Shown here in pieces: positions 47,801-60,200 of a DNA stretch of 64,000 nt. Both the position numbers and the translations under genes were made by a program. The notes below the pieces were generated by a model. That model had not been told where the DNA came from. It saw nothing but the letters and a program-made list of their open reading frames with translations, and ran no database searches. The stretch comes from Vicugna vicugna (taxonomy: Eukaryota): NCBI GenBank assembly GCA_013265495.1, contig MU058009.1, positions 2,854,001-2,918,000 on the forward strand, given 5' to 3'. How positions within the stretch are numbered: position 1 is the stretch's first letter; each line of letters begins with the position of its first letter.

Positions 47801-49226
47801 CTTCCCTCTCAATGACTTCCTTGCTTTATGGCGGAAGTATAAATTAGGTCCCTCCTCGACACCTGGATCTGACCGCGGAACGAGGGGAGGGGTCAGCGTT
47901 TCTTCCTGATCTCCTCTCCAGATTAAGTGTCTGAAATCCAGAACTGCCAGCACTCGGAGGGGGCGGTGACCGCGACTTTTCTCTCCTCCTGTCCTCCTTC
48001 CTTCCTTCCACGCCTCCTTACTGACTGCCTGCGTTCCTGGCATCACATCCCCTACCGCTGCTCTTACTATTGTGTGGTTAGCTTGGCACCAAGAAAACAC
48101 ACACAGAGACATGGGGCGGGGAGAGGTTTGAAAGGAAAATGATAGAGCAATCAGAGGAAAAGACAGAAAGTCCACGCACATTAGCGTGAAAGCAACTGTA
48201 CGGTATTTCAGAAGTGTTTCACATAGGTCATACAAACAGATTTATTTTTTAATATACCCCCTGTATCTTTCAATTAACCATACATTGTGCATCATGTATT
48301 TCAATATGTGTATCTCAGGATGGGAACAGCAGAAACATATGTTAACGGAGTTCTGCTAACTCGAGGGACAATACCACTGGGCTAAAGATATTACGACTCC
48401 ATGTGTTACCCATAAAGGAGGCTGTGGCTTTAATGTGGAACACACTCTGCTTTGGATTGGCAAACGGACTGGAGTCGGGCTGAGAAAAACGAGGATCTTC
48501 TGAATGAGAAGGTTTACGGACTGTTCCGGGTAAGAAAACCTTCCTGAAAGCAACCTGGGTAAACCCTGCTGCCCGCTCTCTGTCGGAACAAAGATCCCAA
48601 GGGTCAGGCCTCTGCTAGTTTCCCCTCACCATCCTGGGGAAGTTTGGAACACATGGATTGTCTTTGAGATCATTAGATAAACACCTAGCTGCTTACTGGG
48701 AAAGTCTCTCCCAGCTCCCGTGGGTTCAGGGCACCACGTCTTAGTCACTTTGCTCTTATTTCTTCGCAAGTCACCTATTCATACTGTCCCATGGCCGGGA
48801 CAGTGGTGGCTTCTTTCTAGGCTCTGCTACCACTGGGTGGTCTGCTGCAGATGACTCGTCCTCTCTTGGTGTCCATTTCCTTTTGAGATGAGGCATTGGA
48901 CTTGATCATTAATTACACGGTCTCTTTTAAGCTCGAAGACTCAAATCTACAAATTGGAAATCTCAGCTCCATGGCGATTTTCCAAAGCTTTTGTCTGTCA
49001 CTCCCCCTGAAACAGAAGATGTATCTTTTTGGCTTCATACTTTGGAAACTTCCATGTTCTCTACTTCTTTTGGAATTTCCCACCCAAAGCAGGCCTACCT
49101 GCAAGCAGGCGTCCATCCATAGGCAACCTTCGGAAGGAGAATCCATATTCAAGAAATCTCAGTGCATAGGTTTACTTTTGTCTTTGGGGCTTCCCGTGTC
49201 CTTCTTGACTTTTAAAGTAGTTCTGT

Positions 49227-49362
49227 GGGGGGGGACGGTGTAGCTTAGTGGTAGAGGGCCCGCTTAGCACGCAAGAGGTCCTGGGTTCAGTCCCTAGTGC
49301 CTTCATCAAAATAAATAAATAAACCTAATTACCACCCCCCCAAAAATTAAAAAAAACAAAAC
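49227..49362 (+). mobile_element. tRNA-Ala(AGC)-derived SINE, Vic-1 (camelid) type
   Basis: A box TAGCTTAGTGG 49241-49251, CTTAGCAC anticodon-like loop, B box GGTTCAGTCC 49284-49293, AATAAATAAATAAACCTAATTACC-C7 tail, A-rich end, TSD AAAGTAGTT(C/T)TG at 49214-49225 and 49363-49374, TTTT|AAAG cut site. Confidence 0.9.
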
Positions 49363-51340
49363 AAAGTAGTTTTGGACGTCAGGGACCAGGAAAGTGATAC
49401 TAAATATTTCTATTTCTTCCCTGTACTTACAACCCATACCTGGACACCAAAGTCTGTTTTGAACTCCGCAGTGCCGCCCAGCGGGTAGCGCTCATCACTG
49501 CATTCTTTTTATGCTGGGCCTTGAGGGGAGAAACCTGGTACCTCCTGAAGGTGGGATAATACTAAGGCTGCTAGTAATGGGGGTTTTCAATATCCCACCC
49601 GGGCGCTGTTAAGTCTTTATATGTTGTATGTGCTTATAGCCCATAAGTATTTATATGTTACATGCTGTCTATGCTCAGAACCTTGATGGCAAACAGAACA
49701 ATGAAGTTCTATTATTATTCCCATTTTGCAGAGTAGAAAACTGACATCGGTAAATGACAACTAGCTCGGTTGGATTTGGGGCTGGAAACATTCCTCCTGG
49801 GCCTCTGATCTCACAGAAATGATCAACAGCCAAGTCCCCGCCTCACTCGCTGTCTCAAGCGTCAGAAGGGATCAGATTTACTCTTGGACAGTGTTTTCAG
49901 TTCAGTCTGGTAACTATCGATCACGGTGTATGCTTGGATGTGGAACGTAAGAGAGAAGCCCAAGAAATGGTCCTACAGACCAGTTCAGAGGGTTGTGCTT
50001 ATTCTTAGGAGACAAATAAACAGTGCAGAGTCGTCTAGAAAGTGTCTGAGAGGAGGAGGAGTTGAGGTGGACGAGGACCGCACGGCTCGAATTTGCAGGC
50101 TGGAGAAGACAGATGGGAGAATGCAGAGTGTGGATGGAGTGGAAGGTGGCCCTGCGTCCTCCCTTGTTCTTTCTCTTCTCTTTCTCCCTTTCCCATATTT
50201 ATCACTTTCTCACTAGAATCCAGGGATATGGAATATGAGACACGGGGTCTGCACTCTGAGGTCTAGTGGTTGAAGGGAGAGACGGTGTAATTAGCCTGAG
50301 CAAAGGCAGCCGCCGGGATTCCGAGGCCCTTCGTGGGTCACGAGGAAGCTGGCCTAACGCAGAGCAGGGCAGAGGCACTGTGCTGGGGGCGGGGGCGTGT
50401 GCTGGGTAAGAGCGGTAAGAACCAGGCCTTGAGCTCCCGCCCGGATAGCTGGGGCTTTATGCTGAGCCAGAGACATGGTGAGCCTGGTTTCTAAACAGGG
50501 ACCAGCATTCTGAAATCACACGGTGTTGGCTTTTTTTTTAAGAAGGAGAAACGAGGAGAGGAGAGAAGAATATAGACTTCTGTGCTTAGTGCCAGAAATG
50601 AGTCTCCGCGTGAATGCACTCAGCCCTGGAACCGTCGGCGGGGACTTCTGACTGCGTCACTGTCACCTTTCCCCACCTGCAGGGACTCCTGGAGGGATCG
50701 GGCAATGACAACCGAATCGACCGCTAGGGTTGCATCGTCTCCTGGGTCTGAGTACAGTCTCTGAGATTTTAGGAGTTGCTTAGGGAACTCAAGCACTGAA
50801 CAACCCCAAACTAGAGCTGGAGACAGAGCAGCCTCCTCGACTTCCCTGAGGCCGAGCGGTTCTGTCGTTTCCCAGAGTCAAGCATGTGCTGGACTCTGTT
50901 TCTTTCTCTTTTCAGCTCCCTCTCTGTGAAAAAGGTCAAATGCAGTCCAAAAAATGAAACCGGCCACAAAGAAGGGAGAGCAGGAAGCCAACTGAGTGCA
51001 GAGAAAGAACTGGAATGAATTATTTAACAAACCACATACTTGCAAAACTCAAAGCTCCCAGGCAGGATACAATGACTTATAAAACACGCTTCTCAGTTGA
51101 CGTGAGAACTCTTCTTCGATGAATCGAACCTGTGGGAATGCTCACTCATAAATGTGCAAGGATATACCTAGGAGTGCCCGTTAGAGCACTGTGTGTAATT
51201 GGAAAGGAAGAAGAAAGAAAGAAACCAAGGAAGGAAGGAAGGCCTTAGATCTCAACAAAAAGAGAACTATTTACATCACTGGTGGTACATTTACCAAATG
51301 GAATTCTACGTGGCAGCCCCAGAGCGCCTTGGTAAAGCTG

Positions 51341-51676
51341 TGTGTGAGTTTGCTGGGGCTGCCATGGCAAGTACCGCAGACTGGGTGCCCGACGCAATTT
51401 GCTCACAGTTCAAGGTGTCAACAGGGTTGGTTTCTTCTCCCCTTGGCGTGCAGCTGTCTTCTCCGTGTCCTCACAGGTCTCCCCTCTGTACCTGTCTGTG
51501 TCCTCTTCTCTTCCTATAAGGACAGCAGTCATGCTGGATGAAGGACCCCAATGACCTCATTTTAACTTAATCACATCTTTAAATGTCCCATCTCCAAATA
51601 CAGTCATATCCTGAGGTCCAGGGAGTTAGGACCCCACCTTATGAATTTTGGGGGGAATGCAAGTCAGCACATAAGA
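51341..51676 (-). mobile_element. MLT1 (MaLR) solo LTR, MLT1B-like
   Basis: AATGACCTCATTTTAACTTAATCACATCTTTAAA...TCTCCAAATACAGTCATATCCTGAGG...TATGAATTTTGGGGGGA. Confidence 0.85.
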
Positions 51677-52899
51677 AGTGACACATACTCATATGGAAAG
51701 GTGTCTAGAATTGTTAAAAATAAATAAATTGAAGATCACTATAATAAGTCTGGTACCACTTTGAAAAAAGTAGTATGTACGTAACATGCATGCATACATG
51801 CACACTGAAAACCATTTGGGAGGATGAGTCAAACATTCAGCAGCAGAAATTTGTGAGAAAGAGGTGGGCAGCATGGTGAAGGGGATATGGCTGCGTAGGC
51901 ATGTATTATGGGGATTTCCCCCCCCATTTATTTCTTGCATGAATTTCATCTTTCATGTGTTTTGTTTCGGGGATTAGCTTAGGGATAAAAAGCACACAGC
52001 CCTGGACTGGGGATTGTTTGCCTCATGGTTTGAGGACACCCTCAGATCCTGGCTTTGCCTCTATAAGTGCCCCGCTAACCCTCTGGGGCTTGCTTTGCCA
52101 TGCGGAAAATAATAATAAGGTTTTTATGACAGTCACATTAGATAATGACGGTAAAACATTAGGCATAGTACTTGGCCCCTATCAAGAGCAACGAATGTTA
52201 GCTATTTTTATGACGCGCTAATAAGGAAAAAAAGCTCTCACTGGCAACTTGGGGTAAAGAGGCATGCTCTTAGCCCCAGTGTTGTTAATTGAATCTAGGT
52301 CAATGGAACAAATAATTGGAAGTCTGCTATATGTGCAGACGGTGCTGAGATAAAATCTGCAGAGGAGCCGTGGTGGTCAGGTCAGCGCCTGCCTGTGAGG
52401 AAGCTAGCAACGGGCAGACATGGCTCTGTCTGCAAAACGACCTAATTCAAGGGGGCCGCGTGACCGTTTAAGGGGAACACCCACCAAGCACTTAGCAAGA
52501 ATTCAATATAAGACAACCGTAGTCACTGTTACTACCGCCCTCTCTTTTGGAGTAAAATATACTTGGAAAGTTGAATTTAGAAGGCAGCCGGGGAAGGACA
52601 GACGCAGGGAAAATTACTTAGCGGAAGGCCACCAAGCCCTGCACACTCCGGCTCCCCCAGGCGTCCCGAGAAGCAGACACGATCCTTGTGACGGCTGCTC
52701 AGCGCGGTCTCCCCAGCACAGGGGGCATGCGGAGGGCTGACACACTTCCTTTTCGTCACCAGAGCTGCTTTACATGTGGCTGCATCCAGAGACAGGTTAT
52801 AGCTACTTAGGCCATTGTCCCAACCTGAGAGACTGGCTGCCCTGTGGCACTCCCTCCGGGGAGAATGGATGCGTTCTGAAGGCTTCGTGCAAATTCTTA

Positions 52900-54650
52900 G
52901 CCGTCGCCCTGAGTCTGGGCTTGTAAGCTTAGCACGCGGTCGCCCGTCAGCCAGCCCTTGGTCCGGCGCCCTGGGCCGATCGCCGGTCAGCAGTGACATC
53001 CTGGCGCTGGGGCTCTTCCCTCTTGTCTCATCTCTGAGGCGCGGCGGGTGTCCATCCTGACCCCTCGGCTCCCCGTGTGCCCCCAGCCCTGCTCCTTCGG
53101 GCTCCTCCGCGTAGTCACGGGGCACGGGCTTATCCAGGCCCACCTGAATGAAAAATAAAAACGATTATCAGGCTGGAAAGGGGGCGCACTTCTCTCTTCG
53201 AGGGAAGCCCCGCAGTTGGCCTTTCTGGTGAGAGGGGCCCCAGCGCATGTCTACGCGCACGTCTACGTGTGTACGCGCCACGTACAGGCTTCGCGCCGCG
53301 GGCTGGGGCGGGAGCGCTGGCCGAGGCGCGGCGGGAAGCGGCCGGGGAGCCCGCAGCGGCGCGCGCCGGCACGCGGAGGGCTGGTCTCCAAGGGCAGCAG
53401 GCCGCCCGGAGCTCAGGTGAGCGGCTGGGGACGGGGCTCCACCTGGAGGGCGCGCGTGCGGGGCCTTCGGGAAGCCCTGCCGCTGAGGCCGCGTCCGCCG
53501 AGGCTCCCGAGCCGGAGCGTCCAGGTTCAAGGCCGGTCTGCTCTGAACTCCGTGTGACCTTGGCTCCTTATCTGTGCTTGGAGACGGTAACAGTACCGGC
53601 CTGGCAGGTTCGCTGGGTGGACTGAAATAACCTGTGGGAAGCACCGAGAACGCCGAGTGCCTGGCCGTCTTGGCATCACCCGGGGCGCGCGGAGCCGTGA
53701 CCGCAGAGGGCGTTGGGGGCGCGCGACCTGCGACCCCGCGGAGACGCCGACGGGGTCCTCCTGCGGCTCCCCAGCCCTGCGTGTCGCTTCCTGCCTCTCC
53801 CAGCGGGGCACTCAGGCAGATTCTTGGGGGAAAAGGACCTCCTCCCAACAGGGTCGCTGTTCCCAGCCGCCGGGGTCGGGAGGGGGCGCCCCCTGAGGCA
53901 TCGGGCCCCGACGTCCGTCCCTCTTTCCTGGCTGGGCCCTGTGGGCCCGGCAGGCGGAGCGATGGGCCGCCGCCGCCGCCGTCGCCGGCTCAGAGCAGAG
54001 CCCCCTCGCCTGAGGTCTCCCTGGGAGGAGAAGGGGCGGCGGCTCCCGGGCCCTCGTGGTGGAAATATGAAGTGCGACTTCCCTTGCTCCGCGGGGCCCG
54101 CGCCAGCTGGGGGCTGGGCTTATCTCTGGACTCGCGCAGCGTTTGTTTCAGGAGAATCAAAGCACTTTCCTCTTCTGCTTCAGAGGCGAGCTGGCTGCTG
54201 CCTGGCAGCGGGGGCTGCGGGTGCGGAGGGGTCAGCCCCGCGCTTCCCGCCCAGCCGCCCCGGCTCTGGTGGTCCGCGGGCCCCTTATTTGCGCTAACCC
54301 GGGTGGCGTGAGATTGCATCAGAGCCCCCAGACTCGGCGTGGTGCATCCCCTGGTTCTTACAAATTTGGCCCCGGGAGGGAGGCTGCCGGGAGTTCACCC
54401 ATCTCTAAGGACCTCCTGACTCCCCGGTCACAACTGTTCCCCTCCCGCCCTGCTGTCGGCCTCCTCCGTTCCAGCATCTGTGCAGCTCCTGGCTCCTCCT
54501 CGCGAGGCCGCCCCTCTCCCCTCTGAACTCGAGTTTCTAACTCACATGTCTGCATGCCGAGAGGTCTTGGCTGAACAGGAACGTTGTGCCTGCGGTTCTC
54601 GGTTCCTGCTCCTTCTCTTTCCTTCGTCGCGTCCTAGACCCACCAGGCCT
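52900..54650. promoter_or_regulatory. Orphan CpG island with promoter features
   Basis: CpG-dense and non-repetitive; GC box GGGGCGGG near 53305; ACGTG/GCGCATG cluster 53243-53285; donor CAG|GTGAGC at 53416/53417; no recognisable protein. Confidence 0.8.
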
Positions 54651-56149
54651 GGGGCCAACGCCACCTTCTCCCTCCCCAACTCCAGGGAGGGTCAGAGCCC
54701 CTGGTGCCCCCCACCTCCACTGAGGATCAAAGTTTCTTATTGCAGCCAACGAGGGAGCTGAGGCCAGCTCTCCAAGGCCCACCACTGGATTGGGAACAAC
54801 AGCTCATTGTTTGAGATGCTTTTAGGAACACTCGGAGTCCACCCGGTGCCCTCAGCCAGGACTCGGGACCAGGCCTGCGAGTGAACTCCGGAAGGCCACG
54901 TGGGGCTTTGTGGGGCTGAGTCACAGCAGCAGAGTGAATAGTGGGTAACCATGCGGAGAGCTTTACAGGGCCACAGCCAGACTCTTGCAGTATAAACTGC
55001 AACTGCTCCTAGGTTGAAACATTTTTTCTTTTTAAACAGGGGAGCTTTCAAACACACAAAAGCAGAGTGAATAGAACACCGAAAGCCCAGATACCTGGTC
55101 ACCCACATTCAAGAAGCTCTGACTTCTTGTCGCTTTTGTCTCCTCAGCCCCCCACTTCTCACCTCTCACTTCGCAGCACTCTTCTCTTTAACTTGCAAAC
55201 AGTTGATGACTTTTTAGATGAATCTGGCACATGCCCTTCTGCCACTAGCATGGTTTATTGTCATGGTTTTATTTTTTACACTCAGATGAGTTGGTCTGTT
55301 TTAATAGCTTAATTCAATGGCATTTTTTTTTTTTTGTCAGAAAGAACAGCCCAACCTCATGCCAAATGGGAAACTGCTGTTTTAGGCAGGCTTTTCCTAC
55401 ACCCAATCAGACAGCATTAAATAATGATGTGACTGGCTGATTACGCAGCTGCTTGGGGTTTAGGGGTGAGCTGGGGGCTGGCTCTTTACGGGAGCCCTTT
55501 CCAATCCTCCCCCAGGAGCTGAGCCTCCCTGGGTTAGAGGCCCGTCCACAGCTGTGCTGGTTTGGGAAGGGGACAATTGAAGATGTTGTCCACAATGTCA
55601 TTAATCCGCTTTTTAAAAGGAACGATCCCCTAATTCCCGCAAAAGGCTGGAAATAAGCCCGAAAAGAGATGATTTTTCCCAATATCAGGTATGAGCTTTG
55701 TTTCTGACACTGAGAACTAAGAACACTATTGCATTTTGCTTTTTGCCTTGGCTACCAGGAAGCTTAGCACTCAATTCAGAGCCTGATTGCAGTGCCTATT
55801 TCACCTACGGTTCCAGTTAACTTATCTCCCCCATTTCCTCTGTGCATTTCCAATTTCTCACCTTTATCTTTATGTGCCTGGGGCATAGGGGTTTTATTGC
55901 ACCCAACCTTCAATTTCATTCCTTTGACATTAGGAGTGGTAGAAATAAAAAAACAAGAGCAAACAGTGCAACTGCACTTTCCCTGTGATCCTTGTCCAGA
56001 GAGCCTTCTTTGTGGTTGGCGGGAGATGGTAAGCGCCGAGCCCCCACCAGACCTTATACCCATGCAGTGTCCTTACACTGTGTAGGTTATGGTTTCTACT
56101 TTTAAACAGGCTTCCTCCTCTTGAGCAAATTGTTTCACTTTGTCCTTGA

Positions 56150-56420
56150 TTTATTCTTTCAGCAAATACTCTCTGTCCGCTTTCCCTGTGTCGTACTAGA
56201 CACTATGGATGAACAAACTGTAAAGCAAACCTTTGTGCTTCAGGAATTTATGCTTTAATGGGGAGTATCAAATATGTTCCTGTAACTATAACACAAGATA
56301 ACAGCTGTGGGAGTGTTTTAGAAAAAGCGTTTAGGGGTTGAGAGGAGGAAGAAGTTATCTGAAGATGATCAAGGGCAGACTTTGTGTAGATTGTTGGCAT
56401 TTAAGCTGATTCTTGAAGGT
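56150..56420 (-). mobile_element. L2 3' fragment
   Basis: TTTATTCTTTCAGCAAATACT...CTTCAGGAATTTATGCTTTAATGGG...GCATTTAAGCTGATTCTTGAAGG. Confidence 0.55.
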
Positions 56421-57249
56421 CAGGGAAGGTGTAGACAAAGAACCTTCTATCTGCTCTCACCTCCGCGTTACAGAGGATGAAATCACACAGAGAGGAAGCG
56501 ATCCTCCCGCACCCCCCAGTTAGAGGTTCCTGCTGTTGTCATCGCCCCGCCTGCCTGCCTGCGTTGAAGCTGCTCCTGTGATTTTAGGACCCCTGAAGAC
56601 TGGATTATTTGTTCTTAGGTGACAACTGTTTAATTAATGGTATTTAAACTGCAACAGCCCAAGCCTTGGTATTTGGGCAGTGCTTTGTTGTTTTTTTTTT
56701 AAATTAATTTATTAATTTATAATTTACAAGGGACAAAACCTGATCTTGAGCTAACTTAGGGTAAAAAGTGGGAATGCATGGGGGCCACTGAAGTATCTCA
56801 GATAATTTAAGGAAGAGTTTCAGAACTAGCTGGAACCCAGGGACAACTGGGACCAGGCAGGACATGTCACAAGGAAGCCACTCTTTAATCCACGGTTCTG
56901 TGAGTGTCAGCCTACCTCCCCCCAACCCCGCCCTCCCAAGCCTATGCCCATCCTTCAAGGCTGAGCTTGAATGAGCGACTTGGGCTCATGGGTGTTTTGA
57001 GCCCACGGATGTTGTCCCTTGCTCTGGTCTGATGTAGAACTTATTCTTTGTCTGGCTCCTTTGAAAGCAATTGTTTGTACCTTCTTCCTTCAGCCCAATG
57101 CCCCTCACAGTTCCTGAGGGAGAACTGGCTTAATGTGGTTCTTTGGACAAAGTCAAGGCAGCTCTGACAGCGGGTGTTCTGCATCCTCCACCACCGTGAC
57201 TTTGGGGTGGACGCACCTCATTCCATTTCTGGATCTCTCCAGCTCTCCT

Positions 57250-60200
57250 TTTGTTATTTTTATAATTAAAATTTCTATTTTGAGATAACTTAGATTTCAG
57301 GCAGTTATAAGAAATCATACAGAGCGAGCCCACATGCCCTTTACCCAGTTTCCCCAGTGGTGACATCTTGCAAAACTATGCTACAGTGTCACGACCAAGA
57401 TACTGATGGTGATACAGAATGTGTCCGTCATCACCAAGTATCCTCATGCTGCCCTTTGACAGTGACTTTCCTCACACTCTCACCCACTCCTTAACCACCC
57501 CCACCCCCGGCAACCGCTAGTCAGCAGTTTGTTCCTCTTTATTGCTGAGTTGTATTCCGTGGTATGGCTGTGCCACAGTTTGTTTCAGCATCTGGGCTGT
57601 TCTAAGTTTTGGGCTGTTCTAAGTTTTGGGCTAAAATGAAAAACCTGGCTGTAAACATTTGTGCACAGGTTTTTTTCTGACATGTCTTTATTTGTCTGGG
57701 ATAAATGCTAAGAATTGCAACTCCTAGGTTTATGATAGTTGCATTTAAAAAAAATTAGACATACTTTAAAAATTAGGTTTTTTAAAGAACAGTAATAGGT
57801 TCACAGCAAAATTGAGCAAAAGGTGCAGAGATTTCTCACTCACCCCCTGCCCCCTCATACACACAGCTTCCCCCACTATCAGTGAACCTACGTGACATGT
57901 CATTATCGCCCACAGTCCATGGTTTACATTAGAGTTTACTCTTGGTGTTGTACATTCTATGAGTTTTGACAAACTTGTAATGACATAGATCCATCATTGT
58001 AGTATCACACGTAATAGCCTCAATGCCCTAAAAATCCTCTGTGTTCCACCTCTTCTTCCTTCCTTACCACCACTGATCTTTTTATTGTCTTCATAGTTTT
58101 ACCTTTTCCAGGATGTCATATAGTTGGAATCAGACAGTCTGTAGGCTTTTCAGATTGACTTTTGTCACTTAGTAATATTCATTTAAGTTTGCCCTATGTG
58201 TTTTCTTGGCTTGATAACGCATTCATTTTCACTGCTGTATAATATTCCAGTGTCTGGATGTACCACCGTTTATATGACCATTCGCCTACTGAAAGACTTA
58301 GTTGCTTCCAAGTTTTGGCAATTACGAATAAGGCTGCTATAAACATTCATATGCAGGTTTATGTGTATGTATAAGTTGTTTAGTAAATACCAAGGAGTGT
58401 AGTTGCTTGATCATATGGTAAAGTATATCGGTTTTTGTCACACATTTTTGACATTCTGTTGGTAGGTTCATTCACATTAAGGATTGTTGTATCTTGTTGG
58501 AAGACTGACCCCTGTATCATTATGTAATGCTCCTCTTCATCCCTGGTTACTTTCCTTTCTCTGAAGTCTGGTCTCTCTGAAATTAGTATAGCTACTCCCA
58601 CTTTCTTGTGAATAGTGTTAGGATGATGTACCTTTCTTTACTCATTTACTTTTGACCTATATGTGTCTTTATGCTGAAAGTGGGTTTCTTATAGACAATG
58701 TACAGCTGGGTCTTTTTTTTTTTTGATCCACTGTGACAACCTCTATGTCTTTTAACGGATATATTTAAACCACTGACATTTAAAGTGATTATTGACATGG
58801 TTGGATTAATATCTACCACCTTTGTTACTGTTTTCTATTTGTTGCCCTTGTCTTTGTTCCTATTTTTTTCTTCCACTCCTTTCCTGTCTTTTGTGGTTTT
58901 AATTGAGCATTTTGTGATTCTGTTTTCTCTCCCTTCTTAGCATATCAGTTATACTTTTTTTTAAAACTTCTTTCAGTAGTAGCCCTAAGTCTGAAATATA
59001 CATTAACCATTAATCCAAGTCCACTTTCAAATAACATTATATGTCTTCACAGGTACTATAAGTACCTTATAATAACAAAATAATCCTAATTACACTCCCA
59101 TTCATCCCTTGTACCATTGCTGCCATTCAATTTGCTTATATATGAGCATAAATAAATACACACACACACACACACACACGCGCATACACAATTGAATGCA
59201 TTGTTGCTGTTATTATTTTGAACAAACTGTTATCTGTTAGATCAATTAAGAATAAGAAAAATTAAAGTTTTTATTTTACCTTTACTAATTTCTTCTCCAG
59301 TGCTCTTCCTTTCTCTATGTCGATGCAGGTTTTTGACCTATTCGTTTTCCTATTCTCTGATGAACTTCTTCTAATGTTTATTTCAAGGCAGGTCTAGAAA
59401 CAAATTTCCTCAATTTCTGTTTGTCTGAAGAAGTCTTTATTTCTTCTTTACTTTCGAAGGATAATTTCACAGAATATAGAACTCTAGGTTGGTCGTTTTT
59501 TTCTTTCAATACTTTAAATATTTTACTTCATCCTCTTTCTTACTTGCCTGGTTTCTGCTGAGGAGAAGTCAAATATAATTATTATCTTTGCCCTTCTAAA
59601 GGTAAGGTATTTTTAAACCATGTCTTTTGACATTTTTTTTAAATCTTCGATTTTCTGTAGTTTGAATATAACACACCTAAGTGTCTTTTTTGTTTGTTTG
59701 TTTTTGCATTTATCTTACTTGGTGTTCTCTGAGCTTTCTGGATCTGTGGTTTAATGTCATTAATTTTAGGGTAAAAATCTCAGTAATTATTGCTTCAAAT
59801 ATTTCTTCTGTTTGTTTTTCTTTTCCTTCTGGTATTTTCATTACATGTAGGTTATACTTTTTGTAGGTGTCCTACAGTTCTTGGATATTCTGTTTATTTT
59901 TCCCCCAGTGTTTTTTTTTTTCCTCTTTGCTTTTCAGTTTCGGAACTTTCTACTGAACTAGCCTCAAGTGATTTTTTTCCCTTAGCCATGTCCAGTCTAC
60001 TGCTGAGCCCATCAAGGCATTCTTCATTTCTGTTACAGTGTTTTTGATTTTTGTCATTACTTTTTCCTTCTTCCTTAGAATGTCCACCTCTCTGCTCACA
60101 TTGCCTGTCTGTTCTTGCATGCTGTCTACCTTATCCACTAGCACTTTTAGTATATTTTAAATTCTGTTTTAAATTCCTGGTCTGATAATTCCGGAACTCT

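Noticed and set aside
49235..49305. Possible tRNA-Ala(AGC) gene
   Set aside because: Mismatched stems, SINE tail and TSD show it is a SINE head.
53168..54311. Overlapping 190-226 aa ORFs in the orphan CpG island
   Set aside because: Pro/Arg/Gly/Ala-rich in all frames and mostly non-ATG starts, as expected for CpG-island sequence.
57594..57632. Perfect 17-bp tandem duplication GGGCTGTTCTAAGTTTT
   Set aside because: Real, but a trivial micro-duplication inside a dead L1.
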